Origin: a bacterium
GTDB taxonomy: Bacteria; Zhuqueibacterota; Zhuqueibacteria; Zhuqueibacterales; Zhuqueibacteraceae
Length of the DNA stretch: 64,000 nt
Direction of reading: 5' to 3'
Assembly (NCBI GenBank): GCA_022072515.1
Contig: JAJVHT010000069.1
Location: 30,910-94,909 of the forward strand
Made by a program: the position numbers and the translations under genes. Shown here piece by piece: positions 1 through 9,255 of the stretch. Every line of letters starts with the position of its first letter. Position 1 is the stretch's first letter. The notes beneath the pieces were generated by a model. It did not search any database, was not told the DNA's origin, and saw only the letters and a program-made list of their open reading frames with translations.

Positions 1-2184
1 ATTGAGAATCTCATATTTGTCGTATTTCCCTTTTGCATGCTCGCGATTCAAGCGTTGCTCCAAGAGATGCTCAAATGTTTCTTCGTGTACCACCCCCGAG
101 CCCATTATCACCGAGGCGCCCAGCAAGGCAATGCGATACGTATTGGGGGGCGGCGTTTGTTCGTAGTCATCATCCCGCATGCCCCAACGATTCGCTTTGA
201 ACGGCACGTCCAACAAAGAGCCTACGTACGAAGGCACAATCTCATACTTCATCAGATCGTCGGTCTTGCGCACGGCATCGGTTTCCGTCAGTGGCTTCCA
301 ATCATCCGGCTTTTTGGCGTAAAGCTCCCAAAGCTGCGAATTAAACGAATGGACGTTGTAGAGCTGTTCGTAGTATCCGCGCTCGAGCAAGACAGCGTCC
401 CGATCATTGAGGCGATCCATCTTCAGTTCCGCAATAAAGTCACTCGCCTTGGCGCCGAGCCGGAAGGCATAAGCTGGTTGCGCCAAAAAATAAAGCAACA
501 AGATTGCCGCCGCGGTCGGCAGGGCAAACCGAAAAAAAGCTAATCGCGATTTTGGCGCTGCGGTTGACCGTGCCGACCATTTTTCATTTACCAGCATCGC
601 GCTGCCAATCCCAGCGATGATCAACAGGAGCGTCATCCCCAACTCCGGCAAGCTTACTTCGGTGTTTGATATGAGATCGATCCATTCTGCCAGGGACGGG
701 CTGATCCAGAGCGACCAGAGCAGTGACATCACCACAAAAACACCTGCGGCCCGCAGGGTTTTGGAGGCGATTTCCTTCAAGGTGGCTTTGCCTTTCACCA
801 AAACCCGCTTACGTCCATATTTCGTTTCGTATATGGAATTGGTCAGTACCAACAAACCGATGCCCAGCCAAAACAAAATATCCGGCAGGGAAAGCAGGAA
901 TGCGCCACGAATCCAAAACCATTGGTAAGCGTGGAAGAACCAGGTGATCAGAAAACCCCACGTAGTCGCCACCACGAGTTTGGTCATATTGCCCGCTTTT
1001 CGCATCCGACAATAGGCCGGATAGAAAAACAATTTTTGGATAAACTCTTTCCAGTAGACATTGACACGCCGCCAGTAATCCGTGAAGCCGGTGGAAAGAA
1101 AATAGAGATCCATGATCCGCAGCAGATTAAAGCCAAACAGATGCAAAATACCGATAATGAGATGAAACTGGCCGGAGATCCGGATAATCAGCGCATAATT
1201 CGTAACCAGGTATTGTACCAGCGTACCGGTGTCGTGCACTTTTTCGGGACTGATAATCCAGTAATAATTAATGTAGCGATAGATCAGCAGATGCACGACC
1301 CCCCAAAACATCCATTTTATGCCGGTTTGATAAATACGATAATCGTCATCATCATAATAGGTTTGGCAAAACGTGCTATAATCCACCACCGGAAACAGCG
1401 GAAAGGCCACATTGGGCAGCAAAAAGAAATACGAGAGCGTGTGGGCAAAACCCGCTTTGTCCGGCGGGACTTGATTATGCTTGAGATCATAAAGATAAAT
1501 AATCAACCGAAACATCAGCATCGAAGCGAGAATCGGCCACAGGGCTTTTGTCCAGGGAACCGGCATATATCCAAAGCGCGCCGCTGTCAGCGCGCCGGCA
1601 GCAATCAACAAAATCGCCACTCGCGCCGCAAAGGCGATCGGCAGATGGCAGATGCCGATCAATAGAAGGCTAAGCCCAATTAACCAGGCGCTGTCGGCAA
1701 AGCCCAATACACTTAAAAACGCGGCCAGCGACAGGACGATAAAAAAAGTTAATCGATACGGACGCGGCAACAGATGATGAATGATAAATCCGTAGAACAC
1801 CAGGGGCATCACTTTTTCATAAAACGCATTGTGCTCCAAATAACATGTGCGCATGATCACCAGCAGTAAACCCAACTGCGCGGCGATGGTCAAGAATTTG
1901 AACAAACCCGGCCAGTCGAGCACAATGGGTTTAAGCCACGCGAGTAAGCCGCGTTGACCGAACGTGAGATCCAGCGCCGCGCCGATGGCCGCAATAACAA
2001 GGCCGCTCAGCATGAGTTTGCTTTGCCAATCACCATTTTTGCCAAACAGGCCGGCGATGCCGATCAAATCTGCGCCTGCGGCAAGCGCGGTTATCGCGCC
2101 GCCGGCCACGAACGCATAAATCGGCAGTATCCGGGGAATGGAGACTGTAGTTTTCTGTGCGAGCTGAGTTTCAGTTTTTGCCAT
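1..2184 (-). CDS. MBOAT-family O-acyltransferase fused to C-terminal SGNH/DltD-like domain, paralog C (C-terminus beyond window edge)
   Basis: Absent from the ORF track because it has no in-window stop. My reverse-strand translation from ATG 2184-2182 stays open to nt 1 (728 codons). It matches the two neighbours motif for motif: AFYEKVMPL, LFPVVDYSTFCQTYYD, GFTDYWRRVNVYWKEF, TWFFHAYQWFWIRG, then NRWGMRDDDYE and YRIALLGAS. Confidence 0.8.
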   Translation of the reverse strand, partial: MAKTETQLAQKTTVSIPRILPIYAFVAGGAITALAAGADLIGIAGLFGKNGDWQSKLMLSGLVIAAIGAALDLTFGQRGLLAWLKPIVLDWPGLFKFLTIAAQLGLLLVIMRTCYLEHNAFYEKVMPLVFYGFIIHHLLPRPYRLTFFIVLSLAAFLSVLGFADSAWLIGLSLLLIGICHLPIAFAARVAILLIAAGALTAARFGYMPVPWTKALWPILASMLMFRLIIYLYDLKHNQVPPDKAGFAHTLSYFFLLPNVAFPLFPVVDYSTFCQTYYDDDDYRIYQTGIKWMFWGVVHLLIYRYINYYWIISPEKVHDTGTLVQYLVTNYALIIRISGQFHLIIGILHLFGFNLLRIMDLYFLSTGFTDYWRRVNVYWKEFIQKLFFYPAYCRMRKAGNMTKLVVATTWGFLITWFFHAYQWFWIRGAFLLSLPDILFWLGIGLLVLTNSIYETKYGRKRVLVKGKATLKEIASKTLRAAGVFVVMSLLWSLWISPSLAEWIDLISNTEVSLPELGMTLLLIIAGIGSAMLVNEKWSARSTAAPKSRLAFFRFALPTAAAILLLYFLAQPAYAFRLGAKASDFIAELKMDRLNDRDAVLLERGYYEQLYNVHSFNSQLWELYAKKPDDWKPLTETDAVRKTDDLMKYEIVPSYVGSLLDVPFKANRWGMRDDDYEQTPPPNTYRIALLGASVIMGSGVVHEETFEHLLEQRLNREHAKGKYDKYEILN

Positions 2185-2205
2185 TGGCTTTTCCTGTTCA
2201 CAAAA

Positions 2206-4767
2206 TTACTTCGTCGCGAGAAGAATTCTGCTATTTTCGCGCAGCGTTTCATAAAGCCGATCGGCCAGGAGTTGATGTCCCTTCGCGTTCGGATGCAAAT
2301 CCCACTCCTTAACGCGCAACTCTTCCGCCGCATGGCCGTCAAAAGCAGAGGAAAGATTGACGATCGCAAATCCTGCGGCTTGGGCCAAATTCATAAAGCG
2401 CGTGCTTAATTTCGCATCGCGTTTGAGTTTTTCCGCCGCCGGCGTAACCACCGGTGTCAGCACATAAACCGGAAGAATGCCATGCTCCCGGCAAATTTGG
2501 GCAAAACGCGGAAAGGCTTCCGCCAGCGCCTCATCACCAAACTCTTTGAGGCGGGTGAAGATTTGCTCAAACGACATATCTTTGTTGACTTCGGCCTTTT
2601 GCACGATCGTGCGCAAAAAATCAAACGGCACGTCGCCGCCATCTTTCACCACATGGGTAAGATGCCGCGCCAGGCTGATTTCATCACGCGGCGTGGCACA
2701 CAAGAAAACGGCGTCCGGTTCAAACGCCACAACCTTTTTTTCCAACAAGAGGAGCTGGCGAATTGTGCAATAACCCGGCACTGAAAAATTCAACAATTCA
2801 TATTTGACAGACGGCTTGCCGCCGTTTTCCCGATTTAGGCGCGCTTCCAAAATGGCTTCGAAGATTTCATCGTCAGAAACACCGCTGCCAAAAGGTCCGG
2901 AAGCACCCAACACGGCGATCCGATAGACGCCGTGAGGTTTCTTTTGCTCATAATCCTGATCGCGAAATCCCCAGCGATTGATCGTCACTTTGGCGTTATG
3001 AAAAATGAGACTGGTTGAAGGAACCAACTCCAACCGCATAAAATCGCCGGTGCCGCGCCCGGCGGCGGTTTCCTGGATCATCGGCCAATCATCCGATTTT
3101 TTCATATCCAGTTCCCAAAGCTGGCTGTTGAATTGATTGGCCGCGTTGAGATTTTCATAATAACCGCGCGTGAGCAATTCAACCTCGTGCTGATTCAGCC
3201 GCGCCGTTTGCAGATCGCGGATGATTTCCTGCGTTCTATTGTCGAATGACGCCAAGGCCGCCGGTTTCCCGGACAAGAAAAGAAAAAGGCTTACAGCACT
3301 GGTCACTGCCGCCGTTCTCAAGAATGGAAAGAATCCGCTATTGGCCGCGGCGCGTTGGGGCGTTTTTTCAAACAGATAGGCGGCCGTTAAAAACACGCCA
3401 AACGCCAGCGCCAAGATGGGAATAAACTTAATCAGCGCGTCCAGCGTGATGTTGGCATTGGACCACAACGCCACCCAGTCGGCTACGGAAGTGCTTGTCC
3501 AAAGCGACCACAGCACCGTGACGATAAAAAAAAGTCCCATCACGCGCAATGCGAGAACAACGATTTCGGTAAACGCCAGTGCGCGTTGTCCCAACGCTTG
3601 TTGGCGACCACGTTTGTTTTCAAGAATCGAGTTGGCAATCACCAAGACGCCAAAGATCGCCCAAAACAGCATATCCGGCGCAGAAAAGAGAAACGAGCCG
3701 CGGATCCAAAACCACTGGTACGCATGAAAGAACCAGGTACACACAAAAACAACCGCCAGCGCAAGGAGCAGGCGGCTGGTGGCGCCCAATTTGCGCAAAC
3801 GGAAATAAAGCGGATAGAAAAAGACTTTCTGCATAAAGTCTTTCCAGTAAACGTTGGCCCGGCGCCAAAAATCCGTAAAGCTGGCCGCCAGAAAAAACCG
3901 CTGCATCGGTTTCGGCAAATTGAAGCCAAACAAATGCAACATGCCGACAACGAGAGTGAACAGTCCGATCAGCCACAGGATCAGCAAATAATTCGCCGTC
4001 ATGTATTGCGCCAAATCACTCAAACTCTTCACGTCTTCAGGGGGAAGCATCCAATAATAATTGATCGCGCGATAAAACATCAGTTGGATGATTCCCAGCA
4101 GCAGCAAATTGATGCCCTTTTGGTAAATCTGATGGCGGTCAGAGTCGTAATAGGTTCGGCAAAACGTGCTGTAATCCACCACCGGAAAGAGCGGGAACAC
4201 CACGTTCGGCAGCATAAAAAAATACGCCAGCGCATGTGGCAGGCTGGTTTTGCCTTTTTGATGTTTGAGATCGTAAAGATAAACCATGAGCCGGAACATG
4301 AACATGGAAGCCAGGATCGGCAAAACGACGCCGGCCCACGCAACTTTGATCTGGCCCAGACGCAGCACAACCAACATGGCGGCCATGGCAAGCAGCAGCG
4401 TGACGCGAACAGCAAGCGAAGCCGGCAGATGGCAAATGCCGATGAGCAGCAGGCCGAGGCCAATCAACCAGAGGCTGTTGGGAAAACCCAGAGCCGCATA
4501 AATTCCCACCACCGAAAGCACGATGAAAAATGGCAACCGATAGCGCTGAGGCAAAAAATAATGAATCAGGAAACCGCCAAAAGCCAACGGCATGATTTTC
4601 TCGTAGAACACCCGATTTTCCAACTGAAACTGGCGGACAACGAGAACAAGAAGGCCGACTTGAATAGCCAGGCTCAAAAACTTAGCCGCACCCATCCAAT
4701 CGCCAAAGAGCGTCCTGAGCCATCCAGAAGAAGTTGGCGAGGTGAGGTTAGCGTCTACTTTGCTCAT
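2206..4767 (-). CDS. MBOAT-family O-acyltransferase fused to C-terminal SGNH/DltD-like domain, paralog B
   Basis: 853-aa ORF with ATG start. The N-terminal ~400 aa are multi-TM, with MBOAT-type signature SFTDFWRRANVYWKDFMQKVFFYP and a conserved His in TWFFHAYQWFWIRG. About three further TM helices follow. The ~330-aa soluble C-terminal domain has YRIAVLGASGPFGSG (Ser block) and KEWDLHPNAKGHQLLADRL (DxxH block of SGNH/GDSL hydrolases). Confidence 0.8.
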   Translation of the reverse strand: MSKVDANLTSPTSSGWLRTLFGDWMGAAKFLSLAIQVGLLVLVVRQFQLENRVFYEKIMPLAFGGFLIHYFLPQRYRLPFFIVLSVVGIYAALGFPNSLWLIGLGLLLIGICHLPASLAVRVTLLLAMAAMLVVLRLGQIKVAWAGVVLPILASMFMFRLMVYLYDLKHQKGKTSLPHALAYFFMLPNVVFPLFPVVDYSTFCRTYYDSDRHQIYQKGINLLLLGIIQLMFYRAINYYWMLPPEDVKSLSDLAQYMTANYLLILWLIGLFTLVVGMLHLFGFNLPKPMQRFFLAASFTDFWRRANVYWKDFMQKVFFYPLYFRLRKLGATSRLLLALAVVFVCTWFFHAYQWFWIRGSFLFSAPDMLFWAIFGVLVIANSILENKRGRQQALGQRALAFTEIVVLALRVMGLFFIVTVLWSLWTSTSVADWVALWSNANITLDALIKFIPILALAFGVFLTAAYLFEKTPQRAAANSGFFPFLRTAAVTSAVSLFLFLSGKPAALASFDNRTQEIIRDLQTARLNQHEVELLTRGYYENLNAANQFNSQLWELDMKKSDDWPMIQETAAGRGTGDFMRLELVPSTSLIFHNAKVTINRWGFRDQDYEQKKPHGVYRIAVLGASGPFGSGVSDDEIFEAILEARLNRENGGKPSVKYELLNFSVPGYCTIRQLLLLEKKVVAFEPDAVFLCATPRDEISLARHLTHVVKDGGDVPFDFLRTIVQKAEVNKDMSFEQIFTRLKEFGDEALAEAFPRFAQICREHGILPVYVLTPVVTPAAEKLKRDAKLSTRFMNLAQAAGFAIVNLSSAFDGHAAEELRVKEWDLHPNAKGHQLLADRLYETLRENSRILLATK

Positions 4768-4875
4768 ATAAACCTTCTTTTTCTATTTCCTGCTTCAGTA
4801 AAATTTCGCGAAATCGGCATTTGCTAACACCGTTTATGGGTGAAAACCAGTGGCCAGCAGCCGCAAAATGAATCT

Positions 4876-5130
4876 CTACTTGCCGCCCAATTTGGCTTGG
4901 ACGAGGCTCGCCAGGCTGGCGATGGTGTTAAAATTTTTGGTGTTCATTTCGTGTGCTTCGATTTGAACTCCATATTTCTTCTCGAGGAACGCCGCCATTT
5001 TAATGGTAGCCATGGAATCAAGAATTCCGCCGCTGACGAGCGGGGTCTCGTCGGCTAATCCCGCCGGATCCTCGCCGGGGAGAAATTCTTCCAGAATATA
5101 ATCCTTCACGATTTTTTTAATTTCGTTCAT
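4876..5130 (-). CDS. Stand-alone acyl/peptidyl carrier protein, DltC-like
   Basis: 84-aa ORF with ATG start. Carrier-protein size, with attachment-site-type motif GGILDSMATIKM (compare DltC LLDSFGTV). It sits between two MBOAT-SGNH genes. Confidence 0.8.
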   Translation of the reverse strand: MNEIKKIVKDYILEEFLPGEDPAGLADETPLVSGGILDSMATIKMAAFLEKKYGVQIEAHEMNTKNFNTIASLASLVQAKLGGK

Positions 5131-5155
5131 CTGTAAATCTCCTTATATGGTTTTT

Positions 5156-5267
5156 CGTAACTATTCAGCTATTTCACCGCCCGGGCGCTTATTTTTGATA
5201 TTGGTTATATCGCGCCATTTATTTTTGTACACAGATTTGAGCGCCCGGGCGGTACTGAATAGTTACG
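5156..5267 (+). repeat. Palindromic ~110-nt intergenic repeat (MITE/REP-like), copy 1
   Basis: Sequence runs cgtaactattcagctatttcaccgcccgggcgc ... gcgcccgggcggtactgaatagttacg. The termini are inverted repeats around a CCCGGG core. Near-identical copies occur at 55663-55772 (same orientation) and 56731-56843 (inverted). It lies between the MBOAT-A stop and the carrier-protein start. Confidence 0.85.
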
Positions 5268-5292
5268 TTTTTTCATCTGTTTAAGAAAAAAA

Positions 5293-7842
5293 TCACTTCC
5301 CTTCGAGATCAAGTAACTCCCGGTTTTCCTGGATTGTTTGATAGAGGCGGTCGGCCAACAGCCGATGTCCTTCGGCGTTGGGGTGCCAATCCCACTCAGC
5401 CACGCGCAGCGAATCCTTATTTTGATTTTCATACGCGTCGGATATATCGATAATCACAAATCCGTTCTCGCGGGCAACACCCATAAAATAGGCATCGCGC
5501 TCCGCATCCTTTTCCAATTTATGCACCACCGGCGTGTAAACATAAATGGGCTGAATGCTGTGCTGCCGGCAAATCTCGGCGAAGCGCGCATAGAGCCAGC
5601 CGAGCATTTCGTTGCCATAAGGTTTGAGGCGCTTCATCGCTTGATCCTCCGTCAGAGACGAATCGATAGCCGCCTTTTGCGCGATCGCCGCCAAGTAATC
5701 ATAGGGCATCGCCACCCCTTTTATCGCTGTTGCCGCCAGATGGCGCAATGAACTGATGTCCTCGCGCGGCGTGGCAATATAGAAGAGCGCATCCGGCTTG
5801 AAATCCAGCGCTTTCTTTTCGAGGACCACAAGTTCCTGAAGTGGGCTGTAGCCCGGCGAGGCAAAATTCAAAATTTCGTATCGGGCCGGCCCCTCGCCAT
5901 TGCGCGCATGATTCAAGCGCTCTTCCAAAAGCCATTCGAACGTCTCATTATCGGCAACGCCGCTGCCGAACACATGCGAGGCGCCGAGAACGGCGATACG
6001 ATAAGTCTGGTCCGCTTTCTCTTTTTCATATTCCTTGTCGCGCATCCCCCAACGATTGGTGCTGAGTTGGGCGCCATGAAAAACAATACGCTTTGAAGGG
6101 ACGATTTCGTCCCGCATAAAATCGCCGGTCAAGCGGCCGGCCGGCGTTTCCCGCAATGTGGGCCAATTGTCTGCCCGTTTCATGTAAATATCGCCAAGCT
6201 GGGTATTGAATTGGTTGGCTTGGTTGATATCTTCGTAGTAGCCGCGCGTCAATAGTTCCTCATCATGGCGATTCAATCTGGCCGTTTGCAGATCGCGAAC
6301 CAGCGCCGGCGTTTTTTCGCCCAAGTGGGTGTTAATATCCGGGTTTCCGATCAAACATAAAGCCAGCATGGGAACACCGGTAAGGAGAGCGGGGCGAAAA
6401 AATGGAACTTCGGTGTCTGGCGCGGCAGCATCACGCCAGGATAATTTTTCCAACACAATGATGGCCACCAAGAACACCCCGGTTGCCAGCAAGCAAGCGA
6501 CGATGACGCCTTGCAAAGTTACACCGGCGCCGGACAACAGGGCAAGCCAGTCCGCTATGGAAGGACTGATCCACAGAGACCAGAGAATGGCAATGACCGC
6601 AAAGACGCCGACAGTACGCAGCGTCCGCACCATGATTTCGCGCCAATTCCACGACGGCTTTTTTAAGATGCGTTTTCTGCCGTGCTTCGCCTCATAAAGC
6701 GAGTTTGCAATCACGATCAATCCAAAGCCGGACCAATACAACACGTCCGGCGCGGAAAACAAGAAAGAGCCTTTAATCCAAAACCATTGATAAGCGTGAA
6801 AAAGCCATGTTAAAATAAAAACCAGCGCCATGGCGAGAAAAAGGCCACTGCTCTCGCCCCGCTGGCGCAGCCGGATATAGAAAGGATAGAAAAACACCTT
6901 CTGCATGAAATCCTTCCAATAAATATTGGCGCGGCGCCAAAAATCCGTGAAACTCGACGCTAAAAAATAATTGTGCATCGTTTCCGGCAGATTGAATCCG
7001 AACAGGTGCAGCATACCGACAATCAAATGAAACTGCCCGGAAACGCGAAGCAAAACCATCATATTCGAAATCATGTATTGGATGAGCGTGCGCAAGCTGA
7101 CCACTTCGTCCGCAGCAATCGCCCAATAATAATTGACATAGCGATACAGAATCAGCAGCACCACCCCGCGGAACATCCAGTAAATCCCTTTCTGGTAAAT
7201 CCGCTGGCGGTCGCTGTCATAATAAGTCTGGCAAAACGTGCTGTAATCCACCACCGGAAAAAGCGGGAACACGACATTGGGCAGCAAAAAGAAATACGCC
7301 AGTGTCGACGCCAGGCGCTTTGTTGGGACGAGGCCGTGCTTCAGATCATAAAAATAAATCATGAGCCGGAACATAAACATGGAGGCGAGAATCGGCAAAA
7401 CCGCGCCGGCCCATGCAACTTTAATCTGGCCGATCCGCAGCAGCGCCAAACCAACACCGCCGGCGAGGAGTAAACCGGCGCGAACGACAAAAGCCACCGG
7501 CAGATGGCAGATACCGATCAACGCCAAGCCAATGCCAACCAGCCATAAACCATTGGGCAAGCCAAACGCCAGATAAATTCCTCCGAAGGAGAGAACAATA
7601 AAAAAAGGCAGACGATAGCGCAGCGGCAAAAAATAGTGCATCAAAAAACCACCAAAAGCCAGCGGCATAATTTTCTCGTAGAACACCTGGTTCTCCACCT
7701 GAAACTGGCGGGAAAGGAAAACGAGAAGGCCGAACTGAATCGCCACGCTCAGAAATTTGCCCACAGCAGCCCAAGCGCCGGCAAGCTGGCCAAACCCTCC
7801 AGCAGCGGCTGGTTGAACAAGCTGAGCGTCTGCTTTGATCAT
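5293..7842 (-). CDS. MBOAT-family O-acyltransferase fused to C-terminal SGNH/DltD-like domain, paralog A
   Basis: 849-aa ORF with ATG start. Same architecture as 2206-4767: SFTDFWRRANIYWKDFMQKVFFYP, TWLFHAYQWFWIKG, YRIAVLGASHVFGSG and AEWDWHPNAEGHRLLADRL. Long stretches are near-identical to its paralogs at the DNA level. Confidence 0.8.
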   Translation of the reverse strand: MIKADAQLVQPAAAGGFGQLAGAWAAVGKFLSVAIQFGLLVFLSRQFQVENQVFYEKIMPLAFGGFLMHYFLPLRYRLPFFIVLSFGGIYLAFGLPNGLWLVGIGLALIGICHLPVAFVVRAGLLLAGGVGLALLRIGQIKVAWAGAVLPILASMFMFRLMIYFYDLKHGLVPTKRLASTLAYFFLLPNVVFPLFPVVDYSTFCQTYYDSDRQRIYQKGIYWMFRGVVLLILYRYVNYYWAIAADEVVSLRTLIQYMISNMMVLLRVSGQFHLIVGMLHLFGFNLPETMHNYFLASSFTDFWRRANIYWKDFMQKVFFYPFYIRLRQRGESSGLFLAMALVFILTWLFHAYQWFWIKGSFLFSAPDVLYWSGFGLIVIANSLYEAKHGRKRILKKPSWNWREIMVRTLRTVGVFAVIAILWSLWISPSIADWLALLSGAGVTLQGVIVACLLATGVFLVAIIVLEKLSWRDAAAPDTEVPFFRPALLTGVPMLALCLIGNPDINTHLGEKTPALVRDLQTARLNRHDEELLTRGYYEDINQANQFNTQLGDIYMKRADNWPTLRETPAGRLTGDFMRDEIVPSKRIVFHGAQLSTNRWGMRDKEYEKEKADQTYRIAVLGASHVFGSGVADNETFEWLLEERLNHARNGEGPARYEILNFASPGYSPLQELVVLEKKALDFKPDALFYIATPREDISSLRHLAATAIKGVAMPYDYLAAIAQKAAIDSSLTEDQAMKRLKPYGNEMLGWLYARFAEICRQHSIQPIYVYTPVVHKLEKDAERDAYFMGVARENGFVIIDISDAYENQNKDSLRVAEWDWHPNAEGHRLLADRLYQTIQENRELLDLEGK

Positions 7843-7983
7843 ATCAATTTCCTTCGTTCTTTGTCAACGGCCAAGAGAGTCGTCGATGAATTCAAGGCCA
7901 GACGAGACTGCGGCGCCGGCGCGCGCGTCCGCCAGTGTTGCCTCGACTCGCCGTTTCCACAATGGCATAACCGTATGAAAACA

Positions 7984-9138
7984 CTATAACCCCAGCCAGC
8001 GCGCAATAATATTCCTCTGCATCTCCGAAGTGCCCGAATAAATCGTGCTGCCGATGGCGTCGCGCAGCGCGCGTTCCACCTCGTATTCGGTCATGAAACC
8101 ATAGCCGCCAAAAATTTGCACGGTGTTCAACGCCGTTTGCACGAGCGCTTCGCTGCCGAACACTTTGGCAATGGCCGCATCAATTGCCACCATGCGCGAG
8201 CGCTCCAGCCCCCAGGCCGCCTTGTAAATGAGCAGCCGCGCCGCCTCCAAACTGATCTTCATATCGGCAATACGGTGCGCCACCGCTTGAAACTTGCCGA
8301 TGGTTTGTCCGAACTGCTTGCGCGTGCGCGCCTGCCGAATTGCCTTCTCCAGCAGCCGCTCCATCGTGCCGACATGACAAGCCACCAGGCAAGCTCGCTC
8401 CCAATCCATCGAATGGGTGAACTGCGTGGAACCGGCGCCGACTTTGCCAAGAACTTGCGAAGCAGGAACATAAACATCTTCATACACCAACTCGCCAATC
8501 GGCGAGGTGCGCAAGCCCATCTTGTCCCACTTCTTACTCGATCTGAAACCGGGCGTGCCTTTCTCCACGAGAAACGTGGTGACGCCGCCGTGGTATCCTT
8601 TTTCCGGATCGGTCAGCGCAAAAGTCACAGCCAGATCGGCGACCGGCCCGTTCGAGCTGAAGGTTTTGGTGCCGTTTATGCGAAAACCCAAGCCGTCCGG
8701 TGTCGCCACGGCGCGCGTGCGCATCGCAAACGCATCCGATCCGGAGTCCGGCTCGCTCATCGCATTCACCGCGATAATCTTGCCGTTGCATAAACCCGGA
8801 AGGTATTTATGCTTTTGCTCTTCACTGCCAAATTTCCAGATCGGAATCACGCAAGCCAGCAAATGCGCGGCAAGAGAAAACGCCAATCCGCCGTCGTGAC
8901 AACCGTACCCAAACGCTTCGAGGGCGATGGCGGTTGACAGGGCATCCAAACCGCCGCCGCCATATTCTTCCGGCACCGGCAGACCCGGCAGCTTCATCTC
9001 GCCGCATTTGAGCCAAAGTTCGGGGGCAAAAATCTGCTCGCGATCCCTTTGCGCAATGCCTTCATTCAACTCTTGCTGCGCGAAACGAACAATCTCATCG
9101 CGCAGCAGCTTTTGTTCATCCGAATAAGAGAAATCCAT
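7984..9138 (-). CDS. Acyl-CoA dehydrogenase-family flavoprotein (probably acting on a carrier-protein-bound acyl or aminoacyl group)
   Basis: 384 aa with the ACAD pattern end to end: MSEPDSGSDA, FGGYGFMTEYEVERALRDA, IYSGTSEMQRNII. The canonical YEGT Glu is Ser here, and a Glu sits in MDWERACL, the isovaleryl-CoA-dehydrogenase-type position. Confidence 0.8.
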   Translation of the reverse strand: MDFSYSDEQKLLRDEIVRFAQQELNEGIAQRDREQIFAPELWLKCGEMKLPGLPVPEEYGGGGLDALSTAIALEAFGYGCHDGGLAFSLAAHLLACVIPIWKFGSEEQKHKYLPGLCNGKIIAVNAMSEPDSGSDAFAMRTRAVATPDGLGFRINGTKTFSSNGPVADLAVTFALTDPEKGYHGGVTTFLVEKGTPGFRSSKKWDKMGLRTSPIGELVYEDVYVPASQVLGKVGAGSTQFTHSMDWERACLVACHVGTMERLLEKAIRQARTRKQFGQTIGKFQAVAHRIADMKISLEAARLLIYKAAWGLERSRMVAIDAAIAKVFGSEALVQTALNTVQIFGGYGFMTEYEVERALRDAIGSTIYSGTSEMQRNIIARWLGL

Positions 9139-9255
9139 ATCGTGCTCTCATCACCGTAGTCTCGACCCCTTGCGGGCCGCTGTTACAAACATCGAATTGT
9201 TGTTCCTCGCCTGTCCCCACCAGGGGCGGCGCGACGAAGTTATTTATGCGCCGTT

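Noticed and set aside
3586-4827. Long plus-strand ORFs, for example 3586-4827 (413 aa), 31942-33060 (372 aa), 39238-40239 (333 aa) and 59483-61177 (564 aa).
   Set aside because: Each lies fully antisense to a minus-strand gene with clear family motifs. Their translations are low-complexity and rich in R/Q/H/G, with no recognisable domains. These are typical shadow ORFs.
5205-5432. Track ORFs 5205-5432 (-) and 56647-56838 (+) share the peptide NYSVPPGRSNL, which suggested a small conserved protein.
   Set aside because: The shared peptide is simply the translation of the palindromic DNA repeat. The ORFs differ outside the repeat and overlap real genes.
7864-7968. A 34-codon minus-strand ORF (MPLWKRRVEATLADARAGAAVSSGLEFIDDSLGR) upstream of MBOAT-A, considered as a DltX-like small partner.
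   Set aside because: It is not hydrophobic, has no membrane segment and has no motif resembling DltX. It also has no ribosome-binding site, so it is probably a chance ORF.
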